Shown one piece after another: positions 39,571 to 52,830 of a stretch of 64,000 nucleotides of DNA (the stretch's first letter is position 1; every line of letters starts with the position of its first letter). The notes under the pieces are model-generated. The model ran no database searches. It worked only from the letters and a program-made list of their open reading frames with translations, and was not told the DNA's origin. A program made the position numbers and the translations under genes. Source of the stretch: Camelus dromedarius (Eukaryota); the NCBI RefSeq assembly GCF_036321535.1, contig NC_087436.1, forward strand, positions 113,834,001 to 113,898,000. The letters are read 5' to 3'.

Positions 39571-42500
39571 ACATGCAAGTTCTGACATTCCACTTACACC
39601 CAAATACATTTAAAACAATATTAATGATGTGTAAGTATGAAAATCACAGTTCCCTTAATGCATGTGTCTCAAATTAATATATTAATACTGCATATGAGTG
39701 ACTATAGTCAGGGAGTTCTTTTCAACTTCCAACCCTTCCTCACCCAGGCATTGGAGACATCAGCTAGGAGTCTCGGGAGGAACCATCTGGCCTGAGACTT
39801 TCTTGCCTTTCCTCAGACGGGTTCTAAGTCATGCTGTAATCAGAGATCTTGGTGTCCCTGCCTGCCGCTTCACAGATTTCTCACTTGAAGTATAGTCTTA
39901 CTAACTTTACTGTACGAACATGTCGGTATCTATTGTTTCATTTGTATTTGTCATTTTTGCTCCATAAACCTGTACAAAATAGGGAGCTTTGGGAGGTAGA
40001 CATTTCCTAATCTAAATCTCTTCCACTGTTTTCTATCCTGGATGATGGGTGTGACACTAAATCCTTTTCTTATTGTGTGCAGACCCAAGTATCACTCAGG
40101 CAGAATGTTGCTGGGAAGTTTCTACCTTATTATTCAGGACCTCAAAAATATCTGTTTCCTGTCTTCTTATTAAAACATCTCCATGGCTCAGCATTTGGAG
40201 TTAAAAGGTGTTCACCTGTTAGTTTGATGGTAATTTTCATGCCAACCATTGTCTCCATGATTCTTAAATAACATGGCCTTTACTTTTCCTGCTTCCAAAC
40301 TCTTCTACCTCATAAGGTTATTGTGCATATGTAGTTGATCTTGAGAAACTTCATCTTAAGAATATTCTGGAATTCTCAGGGAGAAAATTCTCTCCAACAC
40401 ACTGAAGGGATGTGTTTGTTTCATCTTCAGAATAACAAACAGTTTTGGTCAGATGTAAGGGAAGAAAATGAAACTCTTCACAGCCAGACTGAAAATCTGA
40501 GCCCACAATCCATCATTGTTCTTTTCCATTTACAAGTTTATCAAATATATGCAGCTAATTTTCAGCCTTGCAGGCTATTATCCTAGGAAGCAACACACTT
40601 AAGTCCCAGCAACACTTAACACTTACAGAGAGCTTCTCGTACTTAAAATTATATGCTGCCTGTGCTCACACACCTATTTGGTCTGACTTTGCCACCATGG
40701 TGGAGCAGAGACGATTATCTTTACTGTATCCACTGCCTCAGTCACCAAACCAGCCTCACCTCTCCACAGCCCCCCTCCATACTTGAGACATTTCATTTTC
40801 ATTTTGTCTCAGGTTTGGTCTTCCTGACTCCCAACGCATCCCCATTCTAGTTCATGACCCTGCCAGCTGACAAAAATGATCTTACATATTTCAAATTTGA
40901 TCAATTTCTTTGTTTAAGTTTCATCTATAAAATCTTCTCAATCCCTAGGGAAAATTCCAGACTACATAGCCGCAGGTCGGGAAAGGTCTGTTTCCCACCA
41001 CGTGCATGGACAACACACCGTGACCACATGTGAGGCACACTCACAGCAACTCTGTCACGAAGCAGGGCTGGAGGAAAAGGAAATACAGAAAGAGAAAAAG
41101 GAAAAGGAGAGACAAGCCTTTAGAAGACAGGCAAGAAGAGAAACGTGAAAATTTCCTTATGTACTTCACCAAGACAAAGAAAGGAAAAGGGTGGCCAATA
41201 ACAGAGTGTTTGAGAGTCAGTTCACATAGGTGAGAATATGTGAGTGTGTTTGTGCAGGAGCAGGAAGGAGCAGTGCAAAGAGAAAGAGAACAGACACTGG
41301 GACAGGGAGCCAGAGGGGGAGAGAGAAAGAATGTATGTGTACCGAGCATATGTGTCATGCACATGCTTGGTAAAACTATATGAGAAATTACTTCAGTTGA
41401 ACTGCATAAGGAAAAAAGGGAAGGAGAATGGTATTGTGCAATTCTCTCTGGCAGAAGAAACTGGAGGGTTCAGTTAATCATTTTTCCCTATTAACCCAAG
41501 ACAGCTTAGCAGCTGTTTTTTGGCTTTTATTTTATTTTGTTTGTTTGTTTGTTTTATTCTTTTCCCAGAGTGATTGTAAGGAGAGAACAGCAGCACAGTT
41601 GAGAGTGTGGAGCCCAAGTTTTGTGGCCAGGAAGGAAGGTGCTGTGAAACTTGCTATTGTATGGAATGCTTATGCATGTTGGGTTCCAACGTGAGAAGTG
41701 AAGATCAGTGCAATTGCATCAGTTACTGCAGGGCTGTTTATAAACATTAAATTTTACCTTTAACATAATCCCATTTTGTGGGTGGAAAACTTGAGTCACA
41801 AGGAAGGCAAGTAAATTAACTGCTAGTGGAACATTATAGAACCATGTGATAAGAACTAACATTGTGAGACGTACAGGTGGGCTGCCTGGGTCACCCGCTC
41901 ACCTGACTGAGAGAGATGGAAAGGTCATCTCTGGCAACAGGAGGAGAGAATGAGCCTTGAGGGACAAGTAGCTCCATGAAAAAGCAAAGAGGACAAGAGA
42001 GTGGGAAATCTTAAAGGTGACGGAGAGCCTGTTGCAGGGAAACAGAGATATCTTAGGTGTGGGTAGAGCCCCATCACTTTCAGAGTTCAGTTGAACTGTT
42101 CTGCAAAGAAACTTTAGAAAAATCATTCTATTTCTTTATTTTTCCCAAGTAAGCCTTAGTGTGGTTTCCTCATCTCCATTTTCCTTCTCTTTTTGCCTTT
42201 ATTTCCTTCAGTTTTGTGCTTCTTTTTGCTTCTCCTCATTGCTCTCCCTCTTTTTCTTCTATTCTTTTATACATAGTAATAGTTTTAAATATGATTAAAT
42301 GTGATTTTTAGACTTAATGAGTCTGACTGTTCCTCATCCATTGAAACTGGTGGTTATTATTTCAGGGAAAACAGAAAACTAAGATTAGAAGAAGGGAAAA
42401 TTATGTACTGTTTTGCTTTTAGAAATAGGCTTTTGAAAATCATTCAAGAACCAAAACTGTGCAGACAAGGGCTTTTGCTTGGAAGAGTCATACTCTTCTG

Positions 42501-42749
42501 AGAGACAACAGTTTACTAAAATTCAAAAGCTTTATTTTAAATTTATGGGACCAGGACTGGCTAATAAAGACCAGAGTCTTAACATAAGCCATAGAATGGG
42601 AAGGAGGGAAGATACAGTCTAAGATAAGCTCCCTTTACACAGAAGCGTAACAGTGCATTTCCACTTGGTGGGCATGTTTGGAAAATGTCAGAGGGCACAC
42701 AGCCAGAGGGAAGATGCTGCTGGACTCCGTGAGGTGGACCCACCACTAC

Positions 42750-43146
42750 TAAATTCTGAGATGTCAACAGAACCACATTTCTTGCTCTAAGGGAAAATCC
42801 ATTTTCTTGCCCTTTTCAGCTTCTACAGGCCTCTTGTGTTCTTTGTTTAGTGTTCCCCTTCTTCTGTCTTCAAAGCCAGCACCATGGCATCACTTTTACC
42901 ATATTCCACAATCATATCTCCTCCAGACTCTCCTCTTCTGCCTCCTTCTTACATTGTAAGGTCCTTTGTGATCATACGAGGCCCACTCAAATCATTCAAG
43001 ATAATCTCCATCTCAAGGTCAACTAATTAGCAGGCTGAATTCCATCTGCAACCTTAAATACTTTTTGTCATATAAGGTAACACAGTCCCAGGTTCTGGAG
43101 ATTAGGAGGTGGACATCTCTGGGGAGCCATTTTTCTGTCTACCACA
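42750..43146 (-). mobile_element. MLT1D-like MaLR LTR
   Basis: tcttcaaagccagca..gataatctccatctcaaggtc..tccatctgcaacctta..ataaggtaacacagtcccaggttctggagattaggaggtggacatct..ctgtctaccaca. Confidence 0.85.
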
Positions 43147-46100
43147 GAGGACTTCAGGCTCGAGGCAATTACTATGACATGAGAGACCACTTATATCATC
43201 AACAAAACCAGCACATGCCCAGAAACAAAGATTCAGATCAGAGACCTGCATACATGTTGCTATGTAAGCTTCCTACTGGGCCCAGATAACACTCTGGGAG
43301 AAGGGAAAGAAGAGGATAAAAGTAGAAAAAGTCATGAATAGACAGAATTAAGAGAGTCTATGATTTAAACTAGAAGAGACAGATAACCTTAAAATGATAA
43401 GATTAAAATTTTTTGCTGACATCAGTGGAACTGGCGGGCTTATTACCAAGTTACCTGAGTTATAGAAAATACAGAAAATTACAGGCATGCATATGAGAGA
43501 AGCAGTATATAAATTTCAGTGCTACCACATTTTATTATTTTTATATCTCCTTTCTACCAACGCTTTTTACTCAATTTTTTTCTCATCTGTTTCCTTTCAA
43601 TTTTTTTCTGCTCTACCCTCCCCAAATCATTTCTTGTTCATTCACCATCTAGTTTCTTTTCCTCTCCTTACAATTGCATAACTTCTTTTCCCTTTCATTC
43701 TTTTCCTTCTGTTTCCTTGCATCTTACCTGGTTACAAAAAAACAGAGGAAAGGTGAGACCATGTCTTATTCAGATTTTGGCCCTAAGACTTAGCATGGGG
43801 CCTGGAAGATAGCAGAAGCTCAGTAACTATTTATTGAATAACAAATAAATAAATTGAATCTTCAGCCATGCAGTAAGGAAAGGGTGCTGCAAAACATCAA
43901 AGAACACTGCTAGTGTTCTAAAAACACAGAGAATAGCTAGGTTGCATTAATAATAATGTGAATTCTCCCTTTAATGATCCCAGGTTCTCCAGCTGTCAAG
44001 CAAATTATCACTTTTGAAACATACCAGCTTTAAAAAAAAAGACTTTAAAATTATAACCAGAAGATGGCAAAGGAGTCAGAGTAACTGGAATTAAATTTAT
44101 ACAAAGGATGTTTCCTTTTTACTGTTATTTAAACAGGTTCAAATAAATTGAGAAAGCAAGAAACTTCTAAGTGGTTAAAGACAATAGAATGTGATTGCTT
44201 CACCCAAAGCTAAGGGCTTGAGATGAACTGATCAGGGAAGAATTATTCTCAAAAACAGCAAGCCAGAATGCTCTTAAACTGTGGGCATAAGCAGGTTTCT
44301 CCCCCTGCAAGTAGCCTGCTCTGAAAATAACACACCATTCTCTGAAGGGCAGGAGACTGTTTCAAATTACAGGAGTGTCCAAATTATGGACTGAACACCT
44401 GGTGATCATAGTCCTAAAAACGTCACTTAAAAGAACGGCATTTTGAATTTCATGAAGTGTTTGCAGGAAAAGTGCTGTCCAAATGAGACTACACCTGAGA
44501 AGGCAGCAAGATGGGACAAAGAGACCAACAAGCACGGGGCAGAGAACTGAAAGAGCAAAGAGAAGCTCTGCCTTGCAGTTGAGAGCAGTGCCTGGTGTCA
44601 CCCAGCCCCAGGTAGTAGGTAGAAAGCATGGAGGCAGGTGGGAAAGAGAATACAAGTGAGTTTTTTTTTTTTCAGTTGATGGACAGGATGATATACTGCG
44701 TACATTGTTTTATATAATCTTTTCTTAACTTACCAACATTTATAGTATGATGCTCATTTTTCAGAGAAGGAAACAAAAATGTGTAAATTTTTAGTCACTT
44801 GACCACATGTATACAGCTGAATGGTGGACCTGGGATTTGTCACTGAGCCTGTGTACTTCATCACTACGCTATATGAGGAAACACTGCCAGTCCTTTGTAT
44901 GGTCATTTTTGGTTTACTTGTTTGCTGTTACCTGTGTCTGTACAGATAATATATTGGCCCATGTGGGACTTGCATGTGTTCACTGGAACCATAAATTAAA
45001 GCACAGATCACCCTAAGTCACAAAGCAGGGGTCAGAAATCCAGGGTCAGTCATCACCATGACCATCATTACAACTGCTTTCTTACATACAGCAGGTTGAT
45101 CATGGACATCAGATTGTGGAGTCTGGCCACTGCCTCTTGCAAAGTTTTCTTGACAACTGCAAAGCAGGATGCTGAAACCATGCATGTTGTGGAGTAGGGA
45201 TGGGGTGGGAAATGTCTCCAGAAAGCCTACAGCAGCATGGAAATAGTCTTCAACTTACTTCTGCTTTCCAAATGCTAGGTGTGTATATCTGATTGGTAAA
45301 GCTCTAATTTGCATTTAGAATCCTAGCTAAGAGGAAATCTTGGAAACGTAACTTTTACTTTTCAGTCTATGGAATAAAAAAAAGACATAATAGAAGGAGG
45401 TGAGAATGGATGCTGAGTCCAAGATTTATACATCCAACACATGCAGGAAATTAAGAATTTTTTTCTAGCCTAAATAGTAGAGGAAGGCAAAGATGAAAGG
45501 ATAAGAATGTGGGCTGATATGCCGAGTAGAGTGCCTTTCTTAGAACATGATGTACGTCATCCAAAGAGAATTTCAGGATCTTCACAAAAGCAAACTGAGA
45601 AAAGTTTTACCATTTCTCACTGGGGTTGAACCTAGAAGCACATAGCTCTACATGCTCCTGTCAACCATCTTGCAACCTCAAAAAGAAATAAAGCTAAGAA
45701 ATAGAGAGCATTCCATTAGTTACACATCCAGAATTACATTTGTTAAGTCCCTTTATCCAATCACACTTGAGGTCACATCTACTCTTCAACTATTTGTAAG
45801 CTAAAAATGTTATTTTAAAAAAATTCAGCCTTGTTATTTGTCACCGTCAACCAAAAGTGTCTTTCCCGAGTCCTTCCATAATGTTAAAAGCAGAAAAGAC
45901 CTCAGTTCTTCAGATTGCCAATTGTAATATAGAATGACAATAGTATTGGGGCCAGGGATAGAATAATTATTCCAATAATTTATTCTCAGAAGTAAGACCT
46001 GGTAAACAGAAACAAATCTAATTTGTAAGAAAGGTAGATATCTCAATTGGTACATAGAGTAAGGTTCTGTTTACAGGGCTTCTGCCCTGGAAAGAAAAAA

Positions 46101-46339
46101 ATCATGATCAAAAAGTAATCCAGTAAGCATCTTAATGGTCCCACATGAAGCACTCAGTCCTATGAAGCCCTAGTCTCTAAGGAACTAATGGACTAGATCT
46201 CTAACCGGCTCGAGAAATACTATCTTTACACAGAGAAGACTGAAACACTGACTTAACCAAATAATGTATTTCTGGCTTTATAGGAAAGTAGCAAGAAAAT
46301 GTTATTTTTGTTTTGTTATGGTTTGGAATTTTTGGAGGG

Positions 46340-46745
46340 TAGGCATAACTAGTAAATATTCACCAGCATTTAATTATCTTCCCCTTCTAAGCACACAGAG
46401 GATGATACTTCTCAGCTATCCTGCAACTGGTTAGAACAATAGAACATTTTAGTCAATACAATATGATCATAAATGACACATTCCACTTCTGAGCAGAAAC
46501 CTAGCCAAGAACTTGCATCATTCTCCAGTCTCTTTCCCTGATTGAGAAAGCCATGAATTCTACATGGGGCAGTTATAAAATGGTGGCACTTTTGTGATTT
46601 TTTTGAATCAGAAGTCATCATCAACTCATGTAGATCATGTGACGTGGGCAAAAAATCAACTTTTGTAGTGTGAAGTCTCAGAGATTATGGGGGAGGGATT
46701 AAAATGTTACTGCTGCATCATCTGGTCTATTCTGGCTAATACTGG
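46340..46745 (+). mobile_element. Old MLT1 MaLR LTR
   Basis: aaatgacacattccacttctgagcagaa..catgtgacgtgggcaaaaaatcaacttttgtagtgtgaagtctcagagatt..tgttactgctgcatca..ctattctggctaatac. Confidence 0.6.
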
Positions 46746-47660
46746 GGTATTCACATGAAATGAGACATCACTCATCCTACTACCTTTTATGCAGGAACAA
46801 TGATTCCAAGGCAGAGCTAGATCATGCATGGCCATTTGTGCTGACCATGGAACAAGTTCTAAGGTTGATAGACTAAATCAACGTAGTAGGGTCTTAAAAA
46901 GGTCTTCAGCCAATGAGGAGGAGTCATGGCAGTAAAATGAACAGTAGACAAACACCAGAGCCAGATCAAAACTAGTTTCAAATACCAGCTTTGTTACTTA
47001 TTAATTGAGTGCTATCCTATCAAATTTTAAATATTTCTGAGCCTCAATTTTTTTATCTATAAGGCAGAAGTAAAACTGCCATTCTTATATGAATGCTGTG
47101 AAAATCAATTTAGAACAAGTGAAAAATACCATAGGTGTTCAATAATTGCCTTCTTGCATGCAAAGAAACCAGTGTTCTCAAAAAGTGGAATTAATTAACC
47201 AAGATCAAACAGTGACTTACTGAAGAAGCCAGAAGTAGACCCCAGTTCCCCTGGTTCCCAACTCCAGAACAGTTATCTTCCCCTCTACAGACTACATCTT
47301 CCTATAACCATAGATTCCATACAATTGAGGATGTGAAACATTCATTCCCATTTATGCATCATTAGCATCCAAGGCAGTCAGTCAGTTAATGTGTGTTGAA
47401 AAACTGACCAAACATGAATATGTGAAAATTACTGTTTTTGCCTCTCACAGCCCCTCCTGCTTTGAGGTTAATTTCCCCCATATTCAGCTCAATGTTAGAT
47501 TTTTCAATATATTAGGAGAACTTATAGTCTTTCTTTTGCTGTTATTAAAAAGAATAATTAATGTGTATCTAATATGGCTGATGTGAGGCAACAAATACTC
47601 TTTAGACTTAGGTCTTCTCTGAGATGAATAAAATGTCTCCAAGAAGAACAAAATGTTCCC

Positions 47661-47995
47661 AGGCTAATGGGATAGAGAACCCTTCACCTGTAGTTCATTG
47701 GTTCAAATCCTCCCTGATGAGGTCAGTAATGAGTCATTACTATCTGATAGCTGTTCACTGACCTATGTAAAATGAGTGGGAGGTCTTATTTCCATGCAGA
47801 GAAGACAGTGTCTTTGATTAAATGAAAAACAACATTGACCAGCGTCACAACAAAGCTTGGTGTCATAGGACAACCTGAATGGAAATATAAGTGTTAATGC
47901 TGTGTTTGGATGAGAGAACGAAGTAGACCAATATTATTTTCTGGCTATCAGAGTTGAGTCATCTCGGGGAGAGAGGAAGCTGACATTGAAGTTGT
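47661..47995 (+). mobile_element. Probable LF-SINE (LFSINE_Vert) relic
   Basis: taatgggatagagaacccttcacctgtagttcattggttcaaatcc..agtcattactatctgatagctgttcactgacctatgtaaaatgagtgggaggtct follows, block by block, the LF-SINE head/core as I recall it; 3' part tcagagttgagtca..ggaagctgacattg is a weaker match. Confidence 0.7.
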
Positions 47996-48109
47996 GTTTC
48001 TTTGTAGCCTAGGGAGAAATTGTCTTCCTAATTCCTTAAAGTATATGTTTATTGTACACATGGTAATAATATTAAAAATGTAATGTTCCATGCTAAAGTG
48101 GATTAATAT

Positions 48110-48590
48110 ATTAATTATCCCTAACTAATCACATTACTTTGTGCAATTCTCTCCCACACTGACCCAGCATTTAGTCACATGATTTGCTTTGGCCTATGGG
48201 GAAAGCAACAGATGTGACAAAAATAGGGGCTTGATTAATGCATGCACATTGAGCCTGACCTTTCTGGATGCAGTTGCTGTGTAAAGGAGTTCTATTTTGT
48301 TGGGGAGGCCATGTGGATGTCCTCCAGTGGATAGCCCCAGCCATGTAAGTTCACCCAGGAGCAGCCAGCTCTCAGGCAACCTGACATCTGATGACAAATT
48401 CATGAATGATCCCATCAAATACCACATTGAGCTGAAATAAACTGTCCCAGTTAAGCCTACTTAATTTGCCATCTCAAATTAAGTAGAATTATGTAGAATT
48501 AAGTAGAATTATGAACAAATAATTAGCTGCTGCTTTAAACCACCAAGTTTTGGGGATTTTTGTTATGCAGCAAGTACTAACTGATATAGA
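48110..48590 (+). mobile_element. MLT1 (F/G-like) MaLR LTR
   Basis: gtcacatgatttgctttggcc..ttggggaggccatgtgg..agccccagc..actgtcccagttaagcc..tttaaaccaccaagttttggggatttttgttatgcagcaagtactaactgata. Confidence 0.7.
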
Positions 48591-50086
48591 AATTAATATT
48601 CTGACTCCACTTAAAATGAAGCTTTATACAGGTACCCTGTCACAACCACAATTCACTTGCTTGTTTATTCACTCAACAAATATTTATTAAGCATCTTGTA
48701 TGTTCTACTCACTATGATAATTGAAGTAGTGCAGCAATAAAAATTAAACAAACATCAGATGAGATACTTCTTCATGGAGCTTCAGCAGTGGTCCCAAATT
48801 GATGACCCACAGTGCAAGTCTGGCTTACAAAAGTAAAATTTTTGGCCCACAATATGCTTTCTTAAAATATTTATTTAAAAACTAGAAGCTTTCACATTAT
48901 AATTGGAAGATAAAGCTTCTTTTTCACACTCAGAAGAAATGGAATCACTGCATCTGCACTTCCACATAGCACAATTAACTGAAATAAGTAATGGCTGTCC
49001 CTTCCATCCCAGGATGAGGCATGCACTCTCCAGATTCACAATTTTTCTGTCATATTCTCTGTTCCCTATGAATGTGAAGACTGGTGCTATTTTTCTTTAT
49101 TATTTTTTATTTATGTACAATCATTTCACTTTGTTTTGTCTTTTGCCAGTGTGGTGTCTGTAGGCATCTCAGTCTAAGACTTCCTGCATACAGCATATAG
49201 TAGGGTAGAAAGACACGGTCATCTGGAAAGATGGAAAATGTAAATATAGAGATAGCAATAGACACAGAGTTTAACAATCAATAAATCAAGATAGCTAATT
49301 CAGCCCTTCCAAACTCCAATAATCTATTCCTTTAACTTTGCATTGAAGAGATTTAGAACACTCAACATAGCTTCCTGAGAATCAGGTGTATCAGGTTACA
49401 GGATCAGTTTTTTAGAAATAATATTAATTTCTTTATGTGCCCATAGATACTCTATGTCACAAAATACTTATGATCTAGGAAACATCTTCAGAAAAATCAC
49501 GAGCCTGCACTGCTCAGATTGTTCAAAATCACAAGCCTGCAGGTTTAGTCAGGTAACAAGAAAAGGAGAAGAAATATCAAAATCCTTCAGCTCACCAAAC
49601 TCCAGGAGGAACTCAACTGGAAAAAATTTCACACTGACCTTGTGTTGTTGGCGTACTCAATCTATTTTCCTCCTGGCCCATAACATGAACCTATTTCAAG
49701 ATTAGAAACTGAAGAAAACAAATGTGTATTTCATTAAAATTGATTTATAGAGTATGGAACTCGTATTCTATAAAAAAAAAAAACTGTTTAGCCCCTCAAA
49801 ACCCATGGCTCCAAGTTGCTCAGAAGGCATTGTCAGCTTTCCGTGGTAGCTGGCAACCCTCCTGCAATCATGTCACTTCCAGATAATACTTTGGCTCTAT
49901 CTTCAAATCTTATGGGAAATAAATTAGAAACAGAAACACTGGAGAAATAGTGAATATGAAATAATGTCATCATTATCCTATTATTTATAGTACTGCTCAG
50001 TAAAAATTACCCATTATCAGCAATGCCTTTGTCTCCGTTTATAACTGTTTAGATTTATATATGTAAGTCATATTTTATCCATATTT

Positions 50087-50235
50087 TAACAGGAGAAAAT
50101 AAAAACAACAAACTTTTCCCGTTGCCAACTGATGACAATACATTCCTTTAAAATATAGAAAAAAAAAACCAGCAAGGAATGAATTGTCATCAGTTGGCAT
50201 CAGGAAAAGTTTGTTGTTTTTATTTTCTCCCGTTA
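50087..50235. repeat. Long inverted repeat: 62-bp arms, 58/62 complementary, 25-nt spacer
   Basis: Arm 1 50087-50148 versus arm 2 50174-50235, compared base by base. Confidence 0.97.
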
Positions 50236-50314
50236 GGATTTTGTCACTGTTGTGACAAGTAGAAGAATAAGTCTCTTGTCATTTGAGCGGAAGCTGCTAC
50301 TTGCTAGACTATTT

Positions 50315-50547
50315 CAGGAACTGTAAAACTACAGTCTGAGGGCCAAACCCAGCCCTCTATATGTTTTGTATGTAAAGCAGGATTGGAATGAATGCAGCCA
50401 TATCCATTCATTTGTATATAGTTTGTAGCCACTTTTGTGCTATTGGTGCTGAGCTGAGAAGTTGCAACAGAGACTTTCTGTTGCCTGCAAAATCTAATGT
50501 ATTCACTGTCTATCTGGCCTTTTACAAAGTAAGTTTGCTGACCCCTG
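50315..50547. mobile_element. MER58A-like DNA transposon
   Basis: cagg..aaactacagtctgagggccaaacccagcc..cagccatatccattcattt..gagctgagaagttgcaacagagac..ctggccttttaca..agtttgctgacccctg. Confidence 0.85.
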
Positions 50548-51504
50548 GACTAGATGTTTTCTTTGACTGAGATGGAGAAGGGTAGATCATCCTTATAAGA
50601 CCAAAGACGAAAGTAAAACGTCTCATAATCCTCTAAACGATTCAAACAATACAATTATTAGAGCAAGAAGAAATACTCTCAGACCAGCTGAATCAATTCT
50701 CTCAGTCACAGATGACGAACCTACGGTAACTTCTCTCTAAAGAGGGCCATCCAGTGACTTATGCCTCCCAGTAGTCACATCCTTACCTAGTTGTCTCCCC
50801 TAGAATCCAGCTAGTCCTGTGGCTGGTTTTTGAGCAGTAGAATGCAGGCCATGGGTCAATGTGGTTATGTGTGACTGCCAAGGCTGGGGCTGAGGGAGCC
50901 TTGCAGCCAGTAACTCCCCCACCCCGCTCCCCACACCCTCCTCTCAACTTTCTACCACTATCTCTTTCAAGTAGACTTTCATTCAGTTATTCATTTAGGC
51001 AATAAATGTATTATTGAGCATGACTTTTAACCAATGCCTTGTGAGACTCAGGAGGTATGGCCAGATTCCAGCAGCAATGTTTGGTAGGGCAAACAGACAT
51101 GCAACAACTATGACACAAGATGGTGTATTTTAAAGGAAGCATGTAAAGTCCAGCAGGATCTTGGCCATCTTCCCAAAAGTCACGGAAAGCTTTGCAGAAG
51201 AGATGACTGTTAAATTAAGTCTTAAAGGAGAAGTAGCAGTTTGCCAGGCAGACTGATGAGAGATGGTTAGTTTGAGAAAAGAGAATGGCCACAAGCCTTC
51301 TAGACAAACAGAAGAAAGTTATGGAGAAGTGGCAAAGTTTTCTTTTCATGAAATCAACACTTCATTTTCTGTAGCTTCCACTCATTAGTCTTGGTCACAC
51401 TAGCAAAAATCAACCAAAGTATACTGCTCTCCTCACTATTTTTAGAGGGCAGAGAGCACTTTTATTCAAACATATATAACTGTGTGTGTTGAATTTCAAA
51501 TCAC

Positions 51505-51639
51505 AAACACTGTGGTTGGCGAAATACATGATGTTATAAACATATATGACATATAAATGTATATATGTAAAATGTATATATGTACATTTATATATTTGAA
51601 TAAAATATAAATATATATATTTCACCAACCACAGTGTTT
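51505..51639. repeat. Co-axial degenerate palindrome (25-bp outer arms, 11-bp inner arms)
   Basis: aaacactgtggttggcgaaatacat / atatatttcaccaaccacagtgttt (23/25); inner atataaatgta / tacatttatat share the same axis at 51572. Confidence 0.9.
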
Positions 51640-52459
51640 ATCATATGAAAAACTTTGTTTTAAAACATATCCTGAGTTCCGACTAACATAAACGACCCCT
51701 TTCCTAAAGGACAGCACATTTGAAGGACATTTCCATGTTCTCTCTGAATCTTCTCTTACCAAAGACAATTTGATTCCTTCCACATAAAAAGACTTCAAGT
51801 GCCTTTCATTTGATGGCTTTTATCTACTGAGTGCCTGCTATGTGTTGGACAATGCACCTGACACCAGGGAAGCAACACTGACCAGACAGACACAACCCCT
51901 GAATTCAAATCTCTTTGAAATCCCACCTGGTTTTCTCAGAATGGGCTCTAGTTTGCCTGAGTCCCGCGTGAAGTAAGGTTGTACAAATGAAGGTAGGATC
52001 TCACACCTGGTCTAAATTAATTTGCCTGATTAATTGGATATCATATCATTCACAAGATAAATTAATCATTCAGTTTGGGGGTTTTGGCGTTGATGCTGCC
52101 TCTTACCTCCGTTTATCCTAAACTCATGGGCATTCTGTCCCAGGTCCATACAAACTGAATAGGAGAAATATCCTCATACTTCTAATGACGTTAATGAGCA
52201 CATTTAATTTAATTTCTATACTTAATAAAAGAAATAGTCTGAAAGAGATATTTTTATACCATTAATAAGACCTCATTAGCAAGGAGGCTGGATTGTGAAG
52301 GGACAGTAAGAAGTTGCTTTCTGTGACAACTTAAACTCTTTTCTCTGGAAGAGAGGGGATGTGGTTATTAACTGAAGAGTCCTCTGTCGTATTCTCCCTT
52401 TCACCTTATGGACATCAAAAGAGTGAGTATTAATTGCTTGTTCTTGGCAAGAAATATAT

Positions 52460-52830
52460 TGAAGAAATTAGGACTATTTAGCCTAGATAAGACAAGATGA
52501 TAGAAGACCTAACAGATTTTTTTTTTGGTTGTTGTTTTGCTTTTAAGATCTGATGGATAGACATTTGGAAAGGCAACTGTCTTATTAGGGCCAAAGAAAA
52601 AAATTGGGACCCATATACTTAAATTACAAGACAAAATGTTTCAACAAGTTTTAAGGAGAAATGAAAGGTCAGAGCAAAAATAAAAGAAAGAAAGAAAAAG
52701 AAAGAGAGGTCAGAGTTACACAAAGTTTTACTGAGATAGTCTTATGATCCCAGGGTACAGATGTTTCCAAGTGAATTCAAGTATTGCTTAAATAATATTG
52801 AACTAGATAACTTTTAAGTCCTTTTATATC
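52460..52830 (+). mobile_element. L3/CR1 LINE fragment
   Basis: gaagaaattaggactatttagcctagataagacaaga.. resembles the CR1 RT 3' region; end gaactagataacttttaagtccttt. Confidence 0.55.
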
